A stretch of 64,000 bases of DNA from an uncultured beta proteobacterium (GTDB taxonomy: Bacteria > Pseudomonadota > Gammaproteobacteria > Burkholderiales > JACQAP01), in NCBI GenBank assembly GCA_963695915.1, contig CAVOIO010000007.1, positions 4,479 to 68,478 of the forward strand, read 5' to 3'. The first letter of the stretch is position 1. The number at the start of each line of letters is the position of its first letter. This document shows positions 18,254 to 26,565 of this stretch, piece by piece. Both the position numbers and the translations under genes were made by a program. The notes under the pieces were generated by a model. It made no database searches. It saw nothing but the letters and a program-made list of their open reading frames with translations, and was not told where the DNA came from.

Positions 18254-20445
18254 CTTCCAGCCTGCCTGTTGGTCCGCAGCGTGGCCGCCTCGGCCGGCGG
18301 TAGCGTGACGGAAACGCTGGCTCCGCTCGACGGCAGGTTAATGGTTGCGATGCTGCCACTGTGTTCTTCGACTATCTTCTTGACGATGGCGAGGCCGAGT
18401 CCCGTGCCTTTGGCCTTGGTGGTGACATAGGGTTCGAACACTCGCCCCATCAGCGACACCGGAAAACCAGGCCCGTTGTCCTCGATGGTGAGCCGTACAC
18501 CGTCTCGGGCCGCATCGGTGCGCAGCAGAATGCGCGGCACGGCAACTTCCGCCACCGCCTGTTCCGCGTTCTGCAGCAGGTTGTGGATCACCTGGCGCAG
18601 CTTCGCCGCGTCGCCCGCTACGCGTGGCAGGTCGGCAGCCAGGTCGAGCTGCAAGGCCGGACGCGACGACTCGTACAGCCCGAGCACGTCGCGGATGAGC
18701 TGATTCAGGTCCAACGGCTGCAGGTCGGCTTCGGGTGAGCGTGCATACTGGCCGAACGCGTCAACCATGCCTTTAAGCGCAGCCACCTGATTGACGATGG
18801 TCTGGGTGGAACGTTGCAGGAATTCGGCTTCCTGCTCGCTGAGCTTGTCGGCAAGCCGGTGCTGCAGCCGCTCCGCCGAAAGCTGGATCGGCGTGAGTGG
18901 ATTCTTGATTTCGTGGGCAAGCCGCTGCGCCACTTCGCCCCAGGCCGCGAGCCGCTGCGCCTGCAACATGCGGGTGATGTCGTCGAACACCAGCACCATC
19001 CCGGACTCCGCGCCGGCAACGAGCTGCGAGCCTCGCAACAGCAGTGCCTGTCTGCCCGCGGCGCCAGACAGTTCGCACTGCTGTTCCCACACGCCGGGGC
19101 GTGACTGGCGGAAGGCTTCGTGCACGATCTGTCCAATCGCAGCAAGCCGTGGCTGGTGTTCCGCCCATTCATGCGGATGCTTACCGATCAACGCGCCGAC
19201 GTCGACGCCCAGAATCTGGACCGCGCTGAGATTGGCGGAGCGCAACCGATATTCGGAGTCGAATGACATCACGCCAGTCGAGAGATTGCCGAGCACGCTT
19301 TCGAGGTAGGCCTTGGCAGCGGCAAGCTGCTCCTGGTTGCGCTGCGCCTCGCCGCGCGCGTCGGCAAGCTGCATGGTCATGGTATTGAACGATTCCGTCA
19401 GCAGGCCCAGCTCGTCGTGGGTCTTGACGGTGTGGCGCGGGCTGAAGTCGCCTTGCGCAACCGCGCGCGTGCCGGCGGCCAGTATGCTCAATGGCGCAGA
19501 CAAACGCTCGCTGAACATTATCGCCAGGAGCAGCGCAGAGAGCAGTGCCAGCAGCAGCGACAACGTCAGCGTCAGCGCGAAAAGTCGCTGCAGGCCCTGG
19601 CGCGACAGCGACAGTTCCTGGTAATCGCGGTAGATTTCCTGAACGGTCTGGGCATCAAGCGCAAGTTGCGGGGGCACGGGTTGCACCAGCTGGAGCAACG
19701 ATGTGGCGCCGGACACATCGTTTACCGGCACCAGCACCCGCAGTTGCAGCCCGCCTTCGCCGACCGCCTCGATGGCGCCGTAGGATTGCTGCATACGCAC
19801 CTGCCGCACCAACGAAGGCGAGGGTAAATCCGGAACGAGGCCGGCGGGGTTCGCGCCCGAAAAAGCGATGACCGAACCCTCGGGGCCGAGCAATGTCGCT
19901 TCGTGCACTGCGGCCTTCTCGCGCAGTGTGTTAAGCGTGGCCACGCGCCGCTGTGGCGTGCGTTCGGTAAGTTCCAGCGTCATCGCCTCGGCTTTGGCGC
20001 GCAACTCCTTGAGCATGTTGTCCAGGGTGACCCGCCCGAGACTCAACCCGCCTTCCAGCGCCTTTTCGACCCGCACGTCGAACCAGGACTCGATCGACCG
20101 CGACAGGAACTGCACCGATACACCGTACACCAGCGCGCCCGGCAGTACCGCCACCAAAGCAAACAACAGCACCAGCCGAAGCGTGAGCTTGGAGCCGAAT
20201 ATCCGCGCCTTGAGGCGGCGGCGCAGCAACAGCAACTGGAATCCGACCACCAGCATGAGCACCAGCACCAGTCCCACGCCCAACCCCAGCAGAAGCGGCA
20301 GGTCGCCGGAGAACAGCGGTGTATCCGCGCTGGCGCTGGAAAGCAGGTACAGCATGATGGCGCCGAGCAACAGCACCAACGCGATCAGGAACTTCATGCC
20401 GCGGCTCATCAGCGAACGCCTGAGCATGCGTGTGAAGGTAGTCAT
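18250..20445 (-). CDS. ntrY: Membrane sensor histidine kinase with HAMP, PAS, HisKA and HATPase domains (NtrY-like)
   Basis: N-terminal TM segments, H-box AHEIKNPLTPI, N-box NLLQNA, and G-boxes DNGPGF / GTGLGLAIV. The ATG at 20445 overlaps the upstream stop as ATGA; the track start at 20469 is also possible. Confidence 0.7.
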   Translation of the reverse strand: MTTFTRMLRRSLMSRGMKFLIALVLLLGAIMLYLLSSASADTPLFSGDLPLLLGLGVGLVLVLMLVVGFQLLLLRRRLKARIFGSKLTLRLVLLFALVAVLPGALVYGVSVQFLSRSIESWFDVRVEKALEGGLSLGRVTLDNMLKELRAKAEAMTLELTERTPQRRVATLNTLREKAAVHEATLLGPEGSVIAFSGANPAGLVPDLPSPSLVRQVRMQQSYGAIEAVGEGGLQLRVLVPVNDVSGATSLLQLVQPVPPQLALDAQTVQEIYRDYQELSLSRQGLQRLFALTLTLSLLLALLSALLLAIMFSERLSAPLSILAAGTRAVAQGDFSPRHTVKTHDELGLLTESFNTMTMQLADARGEAQRNQEQLAAAKAYLESVLGNLSTGVMSFDSEYRLRSANLSAVQILGVDVGALIGKHPHEWAEHQPRLAAIGQIVHEAFRQSRPGVWEQQCELSGAAGRQALLLRGSQLVAGAESGMVLVFDDITRMLQAQRLAAWGEVAQRLAHEIKNPLTPIQLSAERLQHRLADKLSEQEAEFLQRSTQTIVNQVAALKGMVDAFGQYARSPEADLQPLDLNQLIRDVLGLYESSRPALQLDLAADLPRVAGDAAKLRQVIHNLLQNAEQAVAEVAVPRILLRTDAARDGVRLTIEDNGPGFPVSLMGRVFEPYVTTKAKGTGLGLAIVKKIVEEHSGSIATINLPSSGASVSVTLPPAEAATLRTNRQAGR

Positions 20446-21041
20446 CGCTTCAGGGTCCAGCGAAACCACTCGGAGGAAAGGTTCCAGTCGCGCGAAGCCA
20501 GTGCATTTATCTGGAACGGCTTGGGCAATTGCGAGACGTCGAGGCGCATGCGGATCGCGGCTTCATAGACCTTTCCCTCGCCCAGCGCATCGGCATCGAC
20601 GACGAAACGCGGACGTGGTCGGCCGAGCAGGGCCAGCGCGTCGTTCAGCGTGTCGAAATTCTGATGCAGGGTGCCGAAGCTCAGCCGGTATTGGCGCGTG
20701 AGCGCGTTGTAAGACAACCGGTAATGCTGCGTCAGTTCCGCCACCGACTTGTTCCACAGATAAGCGGTGTACCAGCGCGGATAGATGAGCTCGATTTCGA
20801 CGACGAAATGCAGCGGCAAACCCTTGTTGAGCGCGTCCTCCAGGGTGGGAGTGAGGCCGACTTCGAAGCTGGCCTCCAGATGATACTCGCCGCCATTGAG
20901 GGAAAGTTCCGCCGATTTGACGTGAACTCCCTCGGTCGCTGCCAGGGCCGCGCCGCACCACAGCGCAAGCACGGCGGACAACCACCGCAGCAAGCTAGTT
21001 CTTCTGCAGGAGGGCGAAATAAAAACCATCGTGCTCATCAT
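20442..21041 (-). CDS. DUF4390-like secreted protein, the conserved partner between rsmB and ntrY
   Basis: Signal-peptide-like N-terminus (RRTSLLRWLSAVLALWCGAALA). The position rsmB-x-ntrY matches the DUF4390 synteny I recall. The start is ambiguous (21029-21086). Confidence 0.55.
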   Translation of the reverse strand: MMSTMVFISPSCRRTSLLRWLSAVLALWCGAALAATEGVHVKSAELSLNGGEYHLEASFEVGLTPTLEDALNKGLPLHFVVEIELIYPRWYTAYLWNKSVAELTQHYRLSYNALTRQYRLSFGTLHQNFDTLNDALALLGRPRPRFVVDADALGEGKVYEAAIRMRLDVSQLPKPFQINALASRDWNLSSEWFRWTLKR

Positions 21042-22260
21042 CCGGGAGCAGTAGTCCATCGCGCCCCGGCATCGCACCCAGAACACGCGCGTCCGGGTGC
21101 CGCGCCGCGAACCCGCCGATCCTCTCCTGGTTCTCCTCCATGAAAATCGAGCAGGTCACGTAGAGCAATTTACCACTGCGGCCAAGGACCTTCCACAGCG
21201 CTTCGAGCAAACGCTGCTGCTGCTCGGCAAAACGGCGTATGTCGCCAGGCTGCCGCAGCCATTTGATGTCGGGATGCCGGCGCACCACGCCTGAGGCGGT
21301 GCAGGGCGCATCGAGCAACACGCGGTCAAACGACCTGTTGTCCCACCAGGTTTCGATCGCCGCCGCATCGGCGCAGGCGACATGCGCCCTCAGGCCGAGG
21401 CGCTCCAGATTCGAACTCATTCGCTTGAGGCGGGCCGGATCGGCGTCGAGCGCAGTCATGTCCACGTCGGCGAGCTCAAGCATATGCGCGGTTTTGCCGC
21501 CGGGCGCCGCACAGGCATCGAGTACGCGCATGCCGTCGCCAAGATCGAGCAGCCGCGCAGCAAACTGCGCCCCGGCATCCTGCACCGACACCGCGCCCTG
21601 GCCGAATCCCGGCAGTTGCTCGACGGGTACCGGACGCAGCAAAGTGAGCGCGCCGCAGTCGAGCATGCGCGCACCGAGTCCTGCCCGCTCCAGTTCATGC
21701 AAGTATTCCTGCGGTGTTCCACGCCGCTGATTTACCCTCAGCGTCATCGGCGGATGCGTGTTGCCGGTCTCGAGAAGGTTCTGTGCTTCGGACGGGAAAT
21801 CGCGCCGCAGCCGCTCGATCCACCATGGGGGATACGAGTAGTATCCTGTGTCGGTGCTGTCTGCTTTTTTCAAAAGCGCGGCGCGGCCGCGCTGGAAGTT
21901 GCGCAGTACCGCGTTGACGAATGCCTTTACGTGGCGACCACCGATTTGCGCCGCACACTCCACTGCGTGATCCACCACGGCGTAGGGTGCCGCCTCGCTG
22001 TACTCCAGCTGGTACAGCGCAACCAGCAACAGCGCCTGCAACGCCGGATTCTCCACCTGCCTGGGCGCCAGCTGCGACAACACCGCGCGCAACCTGCCCA
22101 GATGCCGCAACGTCCCGTAGGAGAGGTCCTGAATCGCTCCGTGTTCGGCGCGTGTGAGTGCGTGCGCCCGTTTCCACGCTGCTTCCAGCGTGTGATTCAG
22201 ACTTCTTCCGGAAAGCACCGCAACCACGGTTTGCGCTGCAATGCGTTGAATGTTGCGCAC
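20995..22260 (-). CDS. rsmB: 16S rRNA (cytosine967-C5)-methyltransferase
   Basis: NusB-like N-terminal domain plus an MTase domain with VLDACAAPGGKT and LLDAPCTASGV. I place the start at the GTG at 22260, just after the fmt stop; the 474-aa track ORF overlaps fmt. Confidence 0.85.
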   Translation of the reverse strand: MRNIQRIAAQTVVAVLSGRSLNHTLEAAWKRAHALTRAEHGAIQDLSYGTLRHLGRLRAVLSQLAPRQVENPALQALLLVALYQLEYSEAAPYAVVDHAVECAAQIGGRHVKAFVNAVLRNFQRGRAALLKKADSTDTGYYSYPPWWIERLRRDFPSEAQNLLETGNTHPPMTLRVNQRRGTPQEYLHELERAGLGARMLDCGALTLLRPVPVEQLPGFGQGAVSVQDAGAQFAARLLDLGDGMRVLDACAAPGGKTAHMLELADVDMTALDADPARLKRMSSNLERLGLRAHVACADAAAIETWWDNRSFDRVLLDAPCTASGVVRRHPDIKWLRQPGDIRRFAEQQQRLLEALWKVLGRSGKLLYVTCSIFMEENQERIGGFAARHPDARVLGAMPGRDGLLLPDDEHDGFYFALLQKN

Positions 22261-22273
22261 CGCAGTCCGGGTC

Positions 22274-23203
22274 TCAGGCGCCGAGGCGATCGCCGGCTGC
22301 GAGCGACAGCCCGTGAAGAAAAGTCGCAGCAGCAAGGCGCTTTCCGCCCGCACGCTGCAACTCGGTGATTCGTAACGCACCATTGCCGCAGGCGACGACA
22401 ATGCCTTGTACGTCGGCACGAAGGATGGTCCCGGGCGCTGCGGGCGAATCCGACGCGACCGCGGCGCGCCAGATCTTCAACGGTTCGCCACGCAGCGTGG
22501 AGTAAGCGCCAGGGAAGGGATTGAACGCGCGCACCCGGCGGTCCACTTCGACCGCCTCGCGGTGCCAGTCGATCGCCGCCTCCTCATTGGCGATCTTGGG
22601 GGCGTAAGTTGCGCCGACTTCGCTTTGTGGCACGGCTTTGAGTGTCCCGTCCGCAATTGCCGGGAGCGTTTCGACGATGCAGCGCGCGCCGAGCACCGCG
22701 AGCTTGTCGTGTACGGTTGCCGCGGTGTCCTCCGCGAAAATCGGGATGGGGCGCATCAGATAAACCGGACCGCTATCCAATCCTTCCTCCATTCGCATTA
22801 TCGATATACCGGTTTCGCGGTCACCCGCCAAGATGGCGCGCTGGATCGGCGCGGCGCCGCGCCAACGCGGCAACAGCGAGGCGTGAATATTTATGCAGCC
22901 GGCCGGGAACAGATCGAGCACCGCGCGCGGGAGGATCAGCCCGTAGGCGGCGACCACCATGGCCTGCGCTTGGGCAGCCTGAAGGCGCGCCTGCAGTTGT
23001 GCATCCTTGAGGGTCTGTGTTTGCAACAGCGGAAGCCGGGCCTGTTCGGCGAGTTGTTTGACTTCGCTGGCGGCGAGTTTGAGACCGCGGCCGGCAGGCC
23101 GGTCCGGCCGGGTCAGCACCAGTGCGATCTCATGCCCGGCCCCGATCAGCGCCTGCAGCGAACTGGCGGCGAACGCCGGCGTGCCGGCAAATACGATCCG
23201 CAT
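22274..23203 (-). CDS. fmt: Methionyl-tRNA formyltransferase
   Basis: 309 aa. Starts [12 protein letters not shown] and contains NIHASLLPRWRGAAPIQRA. Confidence 0.92.
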   Translation of the reverse strand: MRIVFAGTPAFAASSLQALIGAGHEIALVLTRPDRPAGRGLKLAASEVKQLAEQARLPLLQTQTLKDAQLQARLQAAQAQAMVVAAYGLILPRAVLDLFPAGCINIHASLLPRWRGAAPIQRAILAGDRETGISIMRMEEGLDSGPVYLMRPIPIFAEDTAATVHDKLAVLGARCIVETLPAIADGTLKAVPQSEVGATYAPKIANEEAAIDWHREAVEVDRRVRAFNPFPGAYSTLRGEPLKIWRAAVASDSPAAPGTILRADVQGIVVACGNGALRITELQRAGGKRLAAATFLHGLSLAAGDRLGA

Positions 23204-23706
23204 CAGAGCGTCTGCCGCTGCTGTTTTTTCAGCTTGCTCAGTATGCGGTTCCGTTTGAGACGGGACAGGTATTCGACGAAGACCCTGCCCTTGAGATGAT
23301 CTATTTCATGCTGTATGCACACCGACAACATTCCAGTGGCCTCGATGGTGAACGACTTACCGTTGACGTCCAGCGCCCGCACCTTCACCCACTCCGCTCG
23401 CGCGACCTTCTCGAAGATTCCGGGCACCGACAGGCAGCCCTCTTCGCAATCGGACTTCCCCCGCGACTCGAGGATTTGCGGGTTAATCAGCACCAGTAAC
23501 TGGTCGCGGGTCTCGGAGAGGTCGATCACAATGAGTTGCTTATGCACGTCCACCTGTGTGGCAGCCAGACCCACACCGGGCGCCGCATACATGGTCTCGG
23601 CCATGTTTTTCGCCAACTTGCGGATTTCGTCATCCACAACGGCCACCGTCTTGGCCACTTTGTGCAGCCGCGGGTCGGGGTAGCGAAGGATTGCGAGTAT
23701 TGCCAT
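23203..23706 (-). CDS. def: Peptide deformylase
   Basis: 167 aa. Contains [17 protein letters not shown] and QHEIDHL metal-site motifs. Confidence 0.93.
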   Translation of the reverse strand: MAILAILRYPDPRLHKVAKTVAVVDDEIRKLAKNMAETMYAAPGVGLAATQVDVHKQLIVIDLSETRDQLLVLINPQILESRGKSDCEEGCLSVPGIFEKVARAEWVKVRALDVNGKSFTIEATGMLSVCIQHEIDHLKGRVFVEYLSRLKRNRILSKLKKQQRQTL

Positions 23707-23829
23707 AATTGCTTGCTAATTTAACAAACTAGATGCAGAATTTAAACCAAAGTATCGAGTCTGGCGCCGGGCGGGTCTGCCTACCCGGCGAGGGATGCGA
23801 TTCCGGATCGACAGAAATGGGGGCCTGAG

Positions 23830-24891
23830 ATGGGCAAATCAATTATATCTCTGCTGCTGCTGCTGACCGCGTGGATGCCGGGAACCAGTCTGGGAGACGA
23901 ACTCGCGCTAGCCGAGAACGCGCCCGATCGCTATATCGTAGTAAAGGGCGATACTCTCTGGGACATCTCGGCGCGCTTTCTGCGCGATCCCTGGCGCTGG
24001 CCGGATATCTGGGGCCTGAACAAGGACCAGATCAAGAATCCCCACTGGATCTACCCCGGCGACGTAATCTTGCTCGATTTCACCGGCATGAGCCCACGTC
24101 TGCGTCTGCAGGGCATCGACGGCGCCACCGACTGGCGTCTGGTGGTCACCAAGCTCAGTCCATCGATACGCAAACTGGATCTCGCGACAAGCGCGATCCC
24201 CAGCATTCCGCTGGAGGCAATCAAGCCTTTCCTGACCAAGGCGCTGGTAATCGACGAACGCGAAATGGGCGCCGCGCCGATTCTGGTTGCAGGGCCGGAA
24301 AACCGGGTCGTACTTTCCGCGGGCGATATCGCCTACGCCAAAGGCGTGGTCTGGGAGGATGGCACCGAGTGGGACGTATATCGCCCGGGCCGCAATCTTA
24401 TCGACCCGGACACCAAGGAATTGCTGGGTCGCGAGGCCGTGCACCTCGGCGAATTGAAGGTAACCCAGTTCGGCGACGTGAGCAGGGTAGCAATTACGAA
24501 GTCGGTCGTCGAAATCGCCCCCGGCGACCGCCTGGTAAAGATCGTGCCAAACCCGGTGCTGCCCTACATTCCGCGCGCGCCCGGCAAACAGATAAAGGGC
24601 AAGGTGATCGCGGCTCCGAACAGCAGCGTCACGGAAATCGGTCCGCAGATGGTTGTGGTATTGAACCGCGGCGCGCGCGAGGGCCTGGAAACGGGCAACG
24701 TACTCGCCCTGTATCGCGATCTGCCCATGGTCAGACCGGCCGGTGCGACCGATCCGAAAGAGAGGATCAAGTTGCCGCCGGAGCGCTATGGTGTCGTATT
24801 CGTATTCCGCGTTTTCGAGAAGGTGTCCTACGCGCTGGTGATGCACACCACGCGCCCGGTTAACCTGCTCGACGCAGTACAAACGCCCTAG
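23830..24891 (+). CDS. LysM domain-containing secreted protein
   Basis: Signal peptide followed by a LysM motif (YIVVKGDTLWDISARFLRDPWRWPDIW). Conserved position between def and dprA. Confidence 0.8.
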   Translation: MGKSIISLLLLLTAWMPGTSLGDELALAENAPDRYIVVKGDTLWDISARFLRDPWRWPDIWGLNKDQIKNPHWIYPGDVILLDFTGMSPRLRLQGIDGATDWRLVVTKLSPSIRKLDLATSAIPSIPLEAIKPFLTKALVIDEREMGAAPILVAGPENRVVLSAGDIAYAKGVVWEDGTEWDVYRPGRNLIDPDTKELLGREAVHLGELKVTQFGDVSRVAITKSVVEIAPGDRLVKIVPNPVLPYIPRAPGKQIKGKVIAAPNSSVTEIGPQMVVVLNRGAREGLETGNVLALYRDLPMVRPAGATDPKERIKLPPERYGVVFVFRVFEKVSYALVMHTTRPVNLLDAVQTP

Positions 24892-24908
24892 ACCAGAGCC
24901 GACGGCGC

Positions 24909-25997
24909 ATGCCGCCGGATCAGGAACTCCTCGCATGGCTCAAGCTCAGCCTCATCGCCGAGCTCACCCCGGCTTCCTTCCGCAAGCTACTCGCCGAATT
25001 CGGCGACCCGGAAGCCGTGTGTGCGGCGAACCGCTCTGCGCTCGGGCGCATTGTCCCTGGCGAAGTCGCAGATGCAATCCTGAGTGGCCCGGATACCACC
25101 CGCGTCGATGTTGCGCTGCTCTGGCTCGAAGAACCGGGTAACCGCATCATCAGTCTCGCGGATACGGCCTATCCGCGCCTCTTGCTGGAAATCACCGATC
25201 CGCCGCCGCTGCTGTATGTAAAAGGCGATCCGGAATTGCTCAATCGCGCGGCTCTGGCGGTTGTCGGCAGCCGCAATGCCACGCCGCAGGGAAGCGCCAA
25301 CGCGGAAGCCTTCGGCCGCGAACTCTCCGACGGCGGTTTCACGGTCATCAGCGGACTCGCACTCGGTATCGATGCCGCCGCGCATCGCGGCGGGCTTGTC
25401 GGCGCGTCCTCTTCGCTGGCGGTGGTCGGTACAGGCCTCGATATCGTCTATCCGGCGCGCAATCGCGATCTCGCGCATCAACTGGCGGCGCAAGGCGCGC
25501 TGGTATCCGAGTTTCCGCTTGGAACACCTGCGCTGTCCGGAAACTTCCCACGGCGCAACCGGCTGATCAGCGGACTGGCGCGTGGCTGCCTCATCATCGA
25601 AGCCGCGCTCAGAAGTGGATCGCTGATCACGGCGCGCTATGCACTTGAGCAGGGGCGCGAGGTGTTCGCCATCCCCGGTTCGATCCACTCGCCGCTGTCG
25701 AAGGGTTGTCACCAACTCATCAAGCAGGGCGCCAAACTGGTCGAAAGCAGCAATGACATCCTGGAAGAGCTCGGCGCCGCGGTTCGCGTCCAGACCGCAA
25801 CTCCCGGCAAAGCGGAGGATGCCTCACCCGAGCATGTCGAACTGCTTGCCGCGCTCGGTTTCGACCCGCTTGACCTCGACACACTGTGCCAGCGCAGCGG
25901 CTTGACGCCGGAAACCGCTTCGGCGATGCTGTTGACACTGGAACTCGACGGCACCGTCAGCCGGCTACCGGGCGGCAAGTTCCAGCGCGTGCGCTAG
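24909..25997 (+). CDS. dprA: DNA-processing protein DprA (Smf)
   Basis: 362 aa. Contains VVGSRNATPQG, SGLALGIDAAAHRG and FPRRNRLISGL motifs. Confidence 0.88.
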   Translation: MPPDQELLAWLKLSLIAELTPASFRKLLAEFGDPEAVCAANRSALGRIVPGEVADAILSGPDTTRVDVALLWLEEPGNRIISLADTAYPRLLLEITDPPPLLYVKGDPELLNRAALAVVGSRNATPQGSANAEAFGRELSDGGFTVISGLALGIDAAAHRGGLVGASSSLAVVGTGLDIVYPARNRDLAHQLAAQGALVSEFPLGTPALSGNFPRRNRLISGLARGCLIIEAALRSGSLITARYALEQGREVFAIPGSIHSPLSKGCHQLIKQGAKLVESSNDILEELGAAVRVQTATPGKAEDASPEHVELLAALGFDPLDLDTLCQRSGLTPETASAMLLTLELDGTVSRLPGGKFQRVR

Positions 25998-26031
25998 CGT
26001 CAGGGGCGTCAATACCTCCAGACAGGGGCTC

Positions 26032-26484
26032 ATGTTCGACATACTCGTCTTCCTGTTCGAAAACTACTTTCATGCCGGTGCCTACCCCGATCAACAAACA
26101 CTTACCAAGCGCCTGTCCGCTGCCGGGTTCGACAGCAGGGACATTTCACAGGCGCTGACCTGGTTAAGCGGCCTGGAGCGCGTCGGCCACAGTAACTCCC
26201 GTTTTTCCAGCAGCGACGGATTCCGTTCCTACACCGAGCAGGAACTGGCGGGTCTGACGGCCGAGGCGCGCGGCTTCCTGCTATTTCTCGAGACAGCGGG
26301 CGTGATTAAGGCGTTGCAGCGCGAACTCATCATCGAACGGGTGCTGGCGCTGGATGAGCCCGCAGTGGATCTCGAGAAGGTAAAGCTCATTGTCCTCATG
26401 GTGTTGTGGAACCAGAACGAATCGGTGGATACTCTCGTACTTGAGGAACTGGTCTCGCCAAATCAGGAACGCTATCTGCAATAG
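26032..26484 (+). CDS. smg: Smg protein (DUF494)
   Basis: 150 aa. N-terminus MFDILVFLFENYF.. closely resembles E. coli Smg, and the gene sits in the conserved dprA-smg-topA position. Confidence 0.85.
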   Translation: MFDILVFLFENYFHAGAYPDQQTLTKRLSAAGFDSRDISQALTWLSGLERVGHSNSRFSSSDGFRSYTEQELAGLTAEARGFLLFLETAGVIKALQRELIIERVLALDEPAVDLEKVKLIVLMVLWNQNESVDTLVLEELVSPNQERYLQ

Positions 26485-26565
26485 CCTGCCGTTGCCTGAA
26501 CCAGCACTTGCTCCGCCGCCGGCAAGTTCTTATCATTCCGCCCTCCTTTTTCGGCCGGACGCGCA